This document shows, piece by piece, positions 1 to 12,900 of a stretch of DNA of 64,000 nt. The notes under the pieces were generated by a model that saw only the letters and a program-made list of their open reading frames with translations, was not told the DNA's origin and did no database searches. Made by a program: the position numbers and the translations under genes. How positions within the stretch are numbered: the stretch's first letter is position 1; each line of letters starts with the position of its first letter. Origin of the DNA: Antedon mediterranea. Taxonomy: Eukaryota > Animalia > Echinodermata. The DNA is taken from positions 23,419,432-23,483,431 of the forward strand of contig NC_092679.1 of the NCBI RefSeq assembly GCF_964355755.1, in the 5' to 3' direction.

Positions 1-480
1 GTTTTGTTGTTTGATGTTTTGTTGTTTGATGTTTTGTTGTTTGATGTTTTGTTGTTTGATGTTTTGTTGTTTGATGTTTTGTTGTTTGATGTTTTGTTGT
101 TTGATGTTTTGTTGTTTGATGTTTTGTTGTTTGTTGTTTTGATGTTTGTTGTTTTGATGTTTGTTGTTTGTTGTTTTGTTGTTTGATGTTTTGTTGTTTG
201 TTGTTTTGTTGTTTGATGTTTTGTAGTTTGATGTTTTGTTGTTTGATGTTTTGTTGTTTGTTGTTTTGATGTTTTGTTGTTTTGTTGTTTTGTTGTTTGT
301 TGTTTCATGTTTTGTTGTTTGATGTTTTGATGTTTGTTGTTTTGTTGTTTGATGTTTTGTTGTTTGATGTTTTGTTGTTTGTTGTTTTGTTGTTTTATTG
401 TTTTGTTTAATGTTTTGTGGGCAGATGAGGCTTCCATTAAGATGTTGTTTGTTGTTTGTTGTTTATTGTTAATGTTTTGT
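1..480. repeat. GT-rich simple repeat (GTTTTGTTGTTTGAT)n, degenerating 3'-ward, in a TDRD9 intron
   Basis: Perfect 15-bp units from 1 to ~130, then degenerate units; produces the spurious ORFs 4..186 and the start of 334..603. Confidence 0.95.
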
Positions 481-482
481 AG

Positions 483-3400
483 GCAGTTGAGGCTTCCATT
501 AAGTCTGGATGCATACGAAGCAAGAGATGAATACTTAGACACCTTGAAAGCTGAACAAGAACAATTGTCTGTAAAAGAAAGAAAACTTAAAACAAACAGG
601 TAAAGAAGAACACGATTACCTTCCTTGCATCAGTGTTATTTTTTTCATATTTAGGCAACTTGTCGAGATAAGCAAATTTAACCGGAGTGCATTCTCATTT
701 ACATCTATTTACAAGAAAGATGTTATAATACATAAGTAAAGTGGTTAGGAATCTGACAGGATTTAAACCCAGACCTCAGGATCAGTAGCCAATCATTTTG
801 ACCACCAAACAACAACTCTGTTTTAGCTGTTATAGTCATACTATTCATTCATTCATCAGTGGAATATTATTTCCATTTATTGTCATTTGCATATAAAATA
901 TACATAGAAACTATATATATATCTGAGATATACAAAAACAGATACAAACGAAAACAATACAAAACATATACCTACATACATCTTCTGATTGTTCCCTAAA
1001 ATCATGGATTTAATTGATGGGTATTTTTTCAACAGAGTTGGTACCTCCTTTGATGAAAGTGAACCACAGTTTATAGCTCCGCCCCCTCCTGACAAATCTT
1101 GGATTAAGATATTTGTGACTGAGGTATATTATTATTACATAATTGTATTTTGGTTTTTCCCCGATGGTCACATGTTGAGAGCACTGGTTTCTTATTTAAT
1201 GTAACCGCTTATTTAGTCTTTATAAGTGAAATCATTCATTCTTTTTTCTTGAATAGCCTAAGTTTTATTCATCTTTATTTTTTCATGGTTTGGGGGCAAT
1301 ACATAAACAAATACACAAAAACACATAAGTCCCAAGCAGGTATACAAATTTAAACCTCTAGCCTCTATTATGGTTGTGTCATTTTAAATTCAGATTTCTG
1401 ATGGAAATCATTTGTGGGCCCATGACGCAGAGACTGAGACATTTGAACAGTTATCATATTTAATGGACATGATCAATGGAAATGCATTCACGCCAAGAGT
1501 AAGTTTATTTGGTTTTCTAGACATCATATAAATCCCTACGGCAGACTAATATTTGATACTACACTAAATATTATGTCCTCTTAATCATCCAGGTGTTTTC
1601 AATGACCATTTTAGTGTGTGAAGACTGCGAAATATTTATTATATTTATTATTTAAACCCAACTTCCCCATTCATTACAAAAGTTCAGGTGTCAAATTTCT
1701 CATGACCTCATCGATTCCACCCTATTCTCAGTGCTGCTGTATCTCCACATACTATCTATTTCCGAGGTATCATAGAAATATTTGGTTATACAGCATCTCA
1801 TTTGTATCACATAGTGGTGCCTGTATCATGTAAGGTTAGGTTAAGTTAAGGCTTCGGTTACTGCTAGATACATGTGAAACATGTGATGTTGTATTACCAA
1901 ATATTCCTAGGATACTTAAAAAATAGATACAGTACCGAGAATCGACTGTCGATTCTGATCATAAACTTCGGTCAAATTTTCTCTCTTGTGAACAAATACG
2001 ACATAAAAGAAAATATCAAGAACAAGTTTTGCGAATCCCAATTTGCTTGTTATTAGATTTTAAAGCCAGTTCATGTTGGGCGGTACTGCATAGCGCCATT
2101 TGAAGATGTCGATAGGCGGTATTATCGTGCTCGAATAGAAGCTGTGCATGGTAATCAGGTTGAGGTCAGTACATCTGTATCTTTAATAATAATATATATA
2201 TATATATATATATAGGTAACTTTATTCCAAAAAATGTAACAAAACCACGCACTGTGGATTTACAAAATCTGATACGTTCTTATATGCATGCATCCTACAA
2301 CAACAAAAAATATAAAATAACGTAAAAGTAAAGATTCAAAATAACAAAAGCCACTTATTTCTGTTGCTGGCAATCTCGTGCAAATTAACTAGGTCGTTTA
2401 AATTATTTATCTTAAAATTTCTGATAAATAAATCATTTCTAAGTGTACTTAACAGATTGGTTTGATGTTTTTAATAATACTACTAGATCTACTTTCTTAA
2501 GTTTATCTGTATATTTAATAATAATGTGCAGTATCGTAATAATATCAATTTTATTTTTCGATTGTATTTAGTAATTGGAAAATTTTATTTCAAAAAATTA
2601 TTAGTATTATCATAATTCTCTATATTCATCTCATAAAACAAACAATTAGTAAAACATATTTATAAAGATGAAAGGACCTCCAGGAAAGCCTTGTGACAGA
2701 AGGCCCACTACAAACTAGTTACATTTTACGGCATCTTAATCTGTGTCTATGTCTACAATAGAATGCACAAGTTTTTACTTTTTAAATTTAAACCAATCAG
2801 TTTAATTACTCTAGACTTAATTTTATGTAAATAATTCATGTATCTATCATTATCTTAAATGTTTCTCCACTTTTAGATATTTTATTTGGATTACGGAAAC
2901 ATTGCACAGATGTCGTCACATGAATTACAAGAGATTCATCCAGATTTGTTGAAACTTCCATTTCAGGTACGTTGTATTAAATTCAGGTTTTTAATTAAGG
3001 ATACAGTATACTTTTACCATATTTGATATCAAATAATTATTTTTATCCAGTATTTTCATTGTTTGTACTGTAACATCATTATTCTGTTGAAGTTAAACAT
3101 ACTTGTAGTAGTATATTATTATTAGTAAATCTTTATTTTTGCTAAAAATACATAATCAACATTTTTCATTATTGTTGTGAGTGAAAATCTTAAGCTAACA
3201 TGATTTGAAAACAAAAAAATAACTGTAACTCAAAATAAACATTTAAATGAATTCTAAACCCGGTAATATACTGAAAAATTATTAATTAATTTAGAAAATA
3301 AAAATAAAAAAATAGAAAAGATTACTCAAAAATCATTTCAATTTGTTATATCATTTACATAAAATGCATAGAAAATTGCTCTATAGAGACTACAACACAA

Positions 3401-6400
3401 TACAACACAAAAACAGAAAAGCATGACACACCATTCTCTAACTAGTTTATTTGACTATTTTTTTTAAACCAGGCATTTGAGTGTGTTCTATGTGAAACTA
3501 AGCCAATCTACCGACTACCTACCCACAACCGTTGGATTCCACAGGCCAAAGATAGGCTGGCTGAACTTGCTTTGAACAGAATTATGTTGGCAAAGGTAGG
3601 CTTAACAGTTTTAGCTTTTTTATGTTTATAAGAAAATACATTTTGTTAATATGCTATTACACTTGATATTGATATTCTGTCCATCTCAAGCCAAGCAAGA
3701 TTTTATCTTAAGCGATATTTATGTCGTTTATGTGAAATGCAATGAAATGTATGTTAAAATTAAATATACTATATTAAACCCTGGTTTTCTTTATTTTTAG
3801 GTGTTTTCTGTCGTAGGGGGTGTATTACGGATTGAACTGGTTGCATGTGTAGGCATGGATGAGATCAATATCAATGATCTACTTTTTAGAGAAGAGTTAG
3901 TTGAAAAGACTGAAGAACCACTTGCATCAAAGGTACGTGTCACATGACACAGTAATTGTAACTCATTTGCATATGGACTGTTGAATAGAACCGTTTAATT
4001 TTACTTTTCTACGCTAAGCTATTATTTAAATTGAACCGATGAAATGGCAAGAATGTACGTTAACATGTGAATATCACACTAATTATTATAATAATAATTG
4101 TTGTTGTTTAATTGTGAATTACAGATCAACCATCAGCAACGGTTGGAACAGGCAGCTCACTATCATCTGAAAGAGAACTATGATAAAGCTCCCAAGGCAC
4201 CAGATCTACAAGATCCTAATAAGTTCATTAAACGTGGAAAGGTAAGTGTGTCAAACTAGAAAGAAAGATGTCATGAGATTTCCCCAATATTTCTTCTTTA
4301 ATTAAGGAGAACCACCAGCAAAATGTCACAATCTCTCCTCTTTTATAAGAAGAACCACCAGAAAAATGTTACGATGTTGCCAAAATAAAAAATCTCTCCT
4401 CTTAACCACCAGAAAAATTGTATGAGGTTTTCATAATCTCTCCTAATTTAAAGCAAAGATTTTTCATTTTTAGGTAAATCTTCTTGGTCCTTACAGTGCA
4501 TTAGAAGTGAGCTTCACAGGTGTTACAACTATAGGCAGCATGAGGTTTGTAATTCTTCCCTTTCTGGTTTCTAACTATCATACTGTATATGCTTCTCTAA
4601 TACTGTACACAATTTATTGTATACATCCGATGGCATAAGATAACTTTACTTTGCCTAAAGCTCGGTCTACACTATCAAACTAGTTTGACCAGAAGAAGAA
4701 GTGTAATGTGCCCAAATATGGTAGTGATATGCCAAAATATGGTAGTGATATGACATCATCATGTCCATATATGGGCACATCACATTTTTTTTGTCACATA
4801 AAGTTATCATCAAATCAATCGATATACAGGTCTATACGCATAGAGAGGGACAGCGTCAACTCCGTAACCTTGGACAACGAACCTCAAACCACATATCAGA
4901 AGATGATGGTTGCCGCTAACGTTGGCCTTAACAAATCTGGTTCGGCCCTAATAGCGCGCAATACAACCTTGATGCCAGATATTAAAGGACTCCCGTCGCT
5001 TGCTAGCATTTTATTTGCACCAAGCATTGAGCTCAGGTAATTGCATAATTATTTGTATTGTCTTATCACTGGTATTTGTAAACATGTGTTTATTAGTGGC
5101 GATCAGTCAGCCATACAAAGGGGAGGAGTCAACAACAACCTCTAACGGCCAGCTTCCAAACAGTCTTTCTGAAACGTGTTTGGGCTGCTTGCCATTAGGA
5201 ATAATTATGTAGATTGCGCCTAAGATATACTGTACTATAAACAATAAATTACAACATAAGTAATAGAATTCTACAATATGTTGTTTTGTTATTTTGAACT
5301 ATGCCATTAATATTCAATTTTCTTTAGGATGGATAAGAAAAAAACTCATATGACGGGTGTTTTGTGCGGACTTGGGTGGGATGACATCGAGAATGAACCA
5401 ATACTTTCTGATCATGATATTGAGATTCCGTTTGATGTCAAGGTTACCATGGATGATATCACAAAGGTATCCTCTCACTCACTGTATCTTGACATTATAT
5501 TTTGTTGAGCTTCTTTTTGATGCCCTTTCATCTATTGTATTTTAACTTACTGAATGTTTATATTTTATGGTGATTATGAATAAACTTTATTAAAACGTCT
5601 TCCAATTAAAGAACGCTCCAAGTAGAGACCACTCCAATTAGGAACCACCAATTCAATTAAATCCATAAGACCACTCCAATTAAAGATGCATTCAATATAA
5701 CATTTCTAATCAAATCATCCAGTTAAATAACAACAACCACTCCAATTACATATCTCTTTGTTAATTACATATAACAGGACCCCTTATTTTTCCATGAACC
5801 CCTAATATATTGCTACCCATCACCTTAGTTGCTTATTGGACACCAACTTGTACTACAATAGGTTTGTGGACCACTTTTTTCATTGTAATAATCTATTTCT
5901 GTCCTTTTTAATTCCAAATTTGGACTGTATTTGACTAGAACCATTACATTTACTGAGTGTCTTTATGTTTGTAGGTGAATGGTCTTCGTCTTGCCATCAA
6001 TTTGGCCATAGGCTCTCCAGATGCCATCATACAGTGGGGTCCATCCGCTGTTACCAAAATTCAAGAAAGTGCCAGAGAAAAACTTCTTGAGTAAGGATAG
6101 TTTCAACATTATCAAGTTTATTCTGTATTGTATTGCAGTTTACTGCAGTAAATATTCATTTCAGTGTAATGTTAATCATTGTATTAGTGGAGCATACAAC
6201 TGATTTTGTTTATTTGTAAAACAGAATAATAACGTTTATTAAAATGTATAAATTCAATCTTTAAAATATAACTGTCTTGTTTTTTTTTCAAGTTTAATTC
6301 TGAAAAGAAGAGAACTTATCAAAGTTAAATACTTTGCCAGAGCACGTCATTGGAATCAGGTAAAGAAATATTGTGTTATTTCATCATATATATGTTGGAC

Positions 6401-8874
6401 CATCAATACCTTAAAAAATTACATGAATGTTGATTACACAAGTAACATACCACCTCAATTCATTATAACTAAACATACAGTTTCTTACACCAATAAATAG
6501 ACAAATAGTTTTTGTAGCACTCTTGTCTAGGAAACAGCACATCAGGATAACCCCCTATTTCTAATACACCAGGATAACCCCCTATTTCTAATACACCAGG
6601 ATAACCCCCTATTTCTACTACACCAGGATAACCCCCCTATTTCTACTACACCAGGATAACCCCCCTATTTCTAATACACCAGGATAACCCCCTATTTCTA
6701 CTACACCAGGATAACCCCCCTATTTCTAATACACCAGGATAACCCCCTATTTCTACTACACCAGGATAAACCCCCTATTTCTAATACACCAGGATAACCC
6801 CCCTATTTCTAATACACCAGGATAACCCCCTATTTCTAATACACCAGGATAACCCCCTATTTCTAATACACCAGGATAACCCCCTATTTCTAATACACCA
6901 GGATAACCCCCTATTTCTAATACACCAGGATAACCCCCTATTTCTAATACACCAGGATAACCCCCTATTTCTAATACACCAGGATAACCCCCTATTTCTA
7001 ATACACCAGGATAACCCCTATTTCTAATACACCAGGATAATCCCTTATTTCTAATACACCAGGATAACCCCCTATTTCTAATACACCAGGATAACCTCCC
7101 TATTTCTAATACACCAGGATAACCCCCCCTATTTCTAATACACCAGGATAACCCCCCTATTTCTAATACACCAGGATAACCCCCTATTTCTAATACACCA
7201 GGATAACCCCCTATTTCTAATACACCAGGATAACCCCCTATTTCTAATACACCAGGATAACCCCCCTATTTCTCGAAAGATGTACTAGGTTCTTTAAAGT
7301 ACACATAAGCATTTTGTGTACACTGGACCTACGGCTTATAGTCCATGTACCAGAAGACTAACTATGGCACTAGTGAGCCTGAACCCTTGCCATAAGGCTA
7401 TGGATTGCGGTTCAAGTGCTCAGCCGCTCACGCCTCTTATTTTTATTTTGGTTAACTATAACCTTTCCAGATCCATCCAGACGATGTACTATGGTGGGAA
7501 GGCCCCACAAGTTCAGACAATGAACTTGATGATTATCCAAAATTATACGAGTTCCACAATAGTGTGATTGTATCGGATGAGATAGAGGAGGAAGAAGCAA
7601 TGGAAATCCTACGACGAAAAAGAAGGCATATGGAGGAACTGCACAAACTAGCAAGCAGGTAAGGGGGAATGCTCTCTGGCAGTAGCATGTGTTTATGTTC
7701 ACCCAGCTAGTTGCTGCTTTCAACATGCCTAACATGAGGCCAACTAGCTGTGTGAACTAGTACACCGGGGTAGCCCCCTACTTGTCTTACAAGATGGACT
7801 AGGTTCTTTCAAAGAATATATATCACAAGAATGAGTAATCCGCAATTTTCCCTGTAACAGTAATATTGTCCATGTGGTAGGGCGCCGCCATAAGTGTGGA
7901 TGTATCTGGGATGTATACAACTTTTTGTGACGGTTTCACTAATCAAAGGCTGGACCACCGGTAGTATTTTCATGATAAGAAATGTTATCAACTACATGCC
8001 AACATCATGTTAAATACTATTTGAATATTTAATTGTTCGTTTTATGCAATTTATTTAGTAAAAACTGCCGTATAAACAGTTTGCTTTATCAACCGGGCGC
8101 TACGATAGCGTGACCGGGCGTGTTGCTGTTTACGCGTTTTCACGAAGGATAGTTTAATAATATTCCTATATTTAACTTGTTTCTGGTAAAACAAATAAAT
8201 GTTAATGACACTTAACATTTTGTCCTATTAATAACATGTATTTTATACTAATTTATATCATAAAAACAATACTTAATTTACCGGGCGTAGAGTAGTACAC
8301 GGCAATGGTAAAGAATAGGCCGTGCTGAGTAACGATTCGTTGATTTTGGTGTTGCTGTGTTAGGCCTTTTTTGTGAACTAACTTAGCATGTTAGTAAATA
8401 ATTGTCTGTAAAAGTGAATGTACACTAGTTAATAAATATGTATTATAAAATAGTTTACAATTGCAAAAACTATTATCATAATTCTATTTAATGTGACATG
8501 TATAATATCTATTAAATCAAGTCTTATTTAGTATGTATACATCCGCCCTTATGAGGGCGGGCATCACTCACTGGAGCTCTCTGTTACAAATTTCTCATGC
8601 AAAAATCGCGGAATACTCATTCTTGTGATATATATTCTTTGGTTCTTTAGAACACGAGTATTTTGTGTACACTGAATATATAGTGTATATCTATTTTTAA
8701 ATCAGAATGACGCCATTATAATATTATTATTTTATTTTTTGCAGATCAACGATTCCCTTTAATGTACCAGTATCATGTGAATATTGTGATACAATATTAT
8801 ACTCCCCGAGAGAAGTCCTCAACCATGTCCGTAGCACCGCTCACCGAGAAATGGAACAAAGTTTTTCGAGGTGA
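483..8874 (+). CDS. TDRD9: TDRD9/spindle-E piRNA-pathway RNA helicase, 3' part (Tudor domain, C-terminal region, terminal C2H2 finger); 5' exons lie upstream of the window
   Basis: GT-AG exons at about 483-599, 1036-1123, 1394-1498, 2057-2164, 2877-2966, 3473-3595, 3801-3932, 4124-4241, 4473-4543, 4830-5036, 5328-5466, 5975-6090, 6292-6359, 7471-7658, 8744-8874. Translation includes Tudor 'YCIAPF..YYRARIE..IFYLDYGN' and TDRD9-like 'TTLMPDIKGLPSLASILFAPSIELR', 'TGVLCGLGWD..DHDIEIPFDV'. Stop TGA 8872-8874. Confidence 0.9.
4657..4803. mobile_element. Short MITE, family A (TIR AAGCTCTGTCTACACTATCAAACT), truncated copy
   Basis: Same TIR and internal CCCAAATATGGTAGTGATATG core as five other copies in the window. 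Confidence 0.8.
6541..7272. repeat. ~27-bp minisatellite (CACCAGGATAACCCCCTATTTCTAATA)n, ~27 copies, variable C-run
   Basis: Directly visible tandem array in a TDRD9 intron. Confidence 0.95.
7810..8641. mobile_element. Non-autonomous DNA transposon, P-superfamily-like
   Basis: ~40-bp TIR CAAAGAATATATATCACAAGAATGAGTA(A/T)TCCGC; 7-bp TSD GTTCTTT at 7803-7809 and 8642-8648; CA..TG termini. Second copy inverted at ~31314-32025. Confidence 0.85.
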
Positions 8875-9923
8875 TTATTGTATGTCTAACGATTGCAACA
8901 ACTTTTGATTACATTGCCAAATTTTGAAACTTTTATCTTAAGTTATTTTTAAAACTTGTACGGAGTATGTTCAAAAAGTGTGCGTCAAAATTAGAATAAC
9001 GTTTGTTACATCAGATAAATCATGTCAAAACGTTTCTGTGGTTTTAAAGGAAGATGAATTATAAAATTATTTTTTTAAAAAGTCTAAGAATTCATTTAAA
9101 AACAAAAAGAAAAATACTTTCAAAAGCTATTATTTGTCATTCCAGTTTTGTGTTGAAAGTTATATTTTTAAAAGTATAACTGCATGTTGTATGTAGTTTG
9201 TAGAAGAAAGTGTTAAAAAAAAATGTTAAAAACCTTGCCAGAATTGATGCCATTAAAATTATTTTGAAACAGCAACAAGAAAAAAGCATAACTTTTATTA
9301 AACTAACTAAATATATTTGTTTGGTTATGTTTTCTTTAATATCTCGAGAAAAAAACAATCTTCAGAATTATTATCATTGGATGCAATGGAAAATCATTGA
9401 AATATAAAATTTAGTTTTTATTCATAAAATACCAGTATGTTTTCTAGTAGCTTTCTTTTCGCAAAAAAACAAAGTTAATTTGCGAAATACTTATTTCATA
9501 AAATTGTCATAAATGTATCATATTTGACTGTGTATCAGTCTATATTTGGACAGAGTATGACCATAGATGGTCACTTCATTTCAGTAATTTATGTTAAAAA
9601 AAATGCTAGGCATGTCTGTATATGGGCATTACATTTTTTGACATTGTCATGCACTTTGCGTTATATAAACATTGTTTTTAAATGTAAATAAACCAAAAGA
9701 GTATTAAACGCTGATTTTTAAGATTATTTATTTTTGTAAAAATGTTAAAATTGATATGAAATTCAACAATTCTAAATAATTTGATATTTTTTAGCGAAGT
9801 TATAAAATGCTATATAATGCTATGATAATACTATTGATATAATCTTAAAAACAAGAATACATAATATTAAGTACACAAAGGTGTGCGAGGTAGGTATACG
9901 CTAATATCGCCACCCTAAATAGT

Positions 9924-12900
9924 CTAAGCTGCGCGTGTCGTGTAAACTATTGGTTCTGGTCCGCTACCCATCGCATTATGTGACTGTATTTTAACGTCGT
10001 ATGTTTCAAAGGCGCTTGCTGGACGTACACGCTTTGCACCAATCGTGGAGTCCGGGATCTGGTCACTTTCCCATTCCAATTCCTTGCTTCCTTTCCAGCT
10101 CACAAGATAATAAAATCCAGGACCATTAATTCCATCCTTTATTATCTTCGAATTTTAAAAAAGATGGAAAGATGATATTAGGCTAAAAATCTAAATAACC
10201 ATACCTTTTTTTTTGTAATCACGTTTATTCTAGTGACTGCCTTCTACATTCAAATCAAACAAAAACCTTACATTATGGCAGTGAGAAAATGTAGTTAGTG
10301 AAGCAACTGCAGTATAATAATGATGATCCCCATACAATAGAGAAATAAGTAAAGCTTGATTCAATGAAAGCGTGAACAATATCTAATTTGAAGTAGGGTG
10401 GGCGTACATAATGTTGGTAGACTTACCTCCCATGTAATCAATATGTCATCGTTGAGGGTAGCTTCAACATTATCTGGGTTCCTGGTAGGCCTCGTTGACG
10501 CTGTCTGTATTATCTCTGTTTCCACACTCGGTGGTGACATGCCAATGCTGTTGACTTGTACCACTCGGAATTTATAGTTTTTCCAGGGTTCCAACTGAAT
10601 CACTGTGTTTGTGTAGTTTGGACTTATCAACGTTTTGATCGCCCAATTGTAGGGTTTGCTCAGAAGGTATTGGATAAAAAAGTATGACGTCGGAGAATTC
10701 CCGTCAAAGCCCGGGTCCCACGTCAGTTCTACCTCAAAGTTGTCCAGTTGAGTCATTCGTACATTTCGTGGTGCATCCGGGTGTGCTAAGTAATAATTAA
10801 TATTAAACAATTTCGTTATCATAATCTATAATAATAGTAATTTATAATAATTTATTTGGAGTTTACACTTTTACAACAGTGGCAGTGTAGGTCAACATGT
10901 CAAAACAATTCGACTACTGTACAGTAACTACAATAACATTGATAATTATCACTACAGCAGCAGGAAACCCACCGACACCTACAAATACAAAACTACACCA
11001 CTGTCATTGTTCTAATATAATAATACCACATTTATATAGCGCTCTTTTCATGAGTAAGCATGCTCAAAGGCGCTTTACAAGGATTATTACCCCAGTATTT
11101 TTTGGGATCAAACACGTATGGAAACATACTCTCATAATGCAGCCGGTAACCAGCGCAAAGTTGTGTCTAGATCTAACTGGGTACCCATTTATACACCTGG
11201 GTGGAGAGAGGCAACGTAAGTAAAGTATCTTGCCTACGGATACAAGCAATGCGGCGAGAGTTGGATTCGAACCTAGGTCTGACGATCGGTAGTCCAACGT
11301 CCAACACACTGCGCCACACGCCCTGTATCTAAGATACAGTAAAGTATAAACCAGTGTAAAGCTTGGACGACGTGTCAGTTTGGTCAAGTTAACAGACTTC
11401 TTATTACTACATTGAGACCAGATGAACATTTTTTTTATGGTTTTCAGTACAGTAGAACTCGTATTAAAGGGACACATTCCGGGCCCAACAAAGTTCCCAC
11501 TTAAAAGGGGTGTCCCCTGAATACCGGTTGGATGTATATATATATATATATCGTATTCCTTCACTTGCACTGATGAAGGGCTAGTGTTGCCCGAAAGCTC
11601 TGCTAACTTTTCTGGCTGTTTACTTTATCGTTTTGATTTAGCTTTTCGCTTTTTATTTTTGTATCTCCATTGAGATCCAGCCACTGATACCCACAGCATT
11701 GTCATTTTTTTCAGTAATTTGCCTTTGGATTTATATATATATATCGGTATATTTATTCAGAATTCACATACAAATTACATACATGGCAGCACATGGCTGA
11801 ATTGCATATGTATTACATTATAAAAACTATTTAAACTATAGTCACTATCAACAATACATACATATATAAAAACGAATAAATTATACTGCAGTTACCTCAA
11901 ATAATACAAGCAAAAAACAAGCCCCTCGATCGTAACCCCACGGATAGTGCGAGTAACATTAAAATGGGATACTGTTCCCTGTAATGTAAAACCCCAAAAC
12001 TTACTTTTAACGTGTATTACAACTTCGTCTTGGGCCTGGTCAAATTCTGTATTCGCAATGCATGTATAACGTCCCTCGTACGATTGTTGCATTCGCATGA
12101 TTATCAGTGAATTATCATTTTCGTTCTTAAGTAAAAGGAAAAATAAAATGCGCAAATCTGTCACTAAGCCAATCATTAATCGATTCAATTCGGCATCATT
12201 ACTAATAGATCAACCGATCAAAATAATCAATCAATCGAACTAATCAATAATCATTCATTCAAATTGTGAAGTAATCGATCAATCTATTTCAAAATATCTA
12301 ATACAATATACAAGAAACTTTATTTGTCTTCGTAAAAAAACAAAGAAATGTCGGTTGTCATCAAATCTGTTTAAAAGATACATATAAACGGACTAAAAAA
12401 TGACAAAAAGTTTAAAAGTGCCTACCTTGAATCTGTTCTTGTTGCATTCGTAGCTGCTTATCTTGCTACCATTGTGATACCAATTCACATCCTCAACCAT
12501 ACGAATGTTGCTTGACGTCACAACACAACGAAATACAATGGATTTTCCAACATTAGTTAGAACAACTTTCGGTGTTGCCGACACAATCGTTGGTTCTGGA
12601 TAAAAAATGGCAAAGCTTAATGTTTCCAGATAATCCAAACTGTCGCTTGTGATTGGTCAGTTCACTGGCGTTGCGCGCGGCCTACGTCATTGCGTTGCAT
12701 CAAATCATTATGACTACACTGTCGTAAACTGGAATGTATTCTTTCTTTGTGTAAACTACAGAGTGCATATCTTTTGCTAAATTACATTTATCTACATGCA
12801 TTATTATTATTATAGCGTAAAGGTCAATTTACAAAGACGCGCGGAGCTTGTTCCACGTAAAATATGTATTTATCCCACCGCTCGCCCGCTCCGCGTTTTG

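Noticed and set aside
4-603. ORFs 4..186 and the start of 334..603
   Set aside because: Translations of the simple repeat; only 483-599 is exonic.
4708-4829. MPKYGSD repeat at the start of ORF 4708..5040
   Set aside because: Derived from a MITE; the real exon starts at the AG acceptor near 4830.
10897-11570. ORFs 10897..11223 and 11064..11570
   Set aside because: They overlap SINE and MITE sequence in an intron and show no domain signal.
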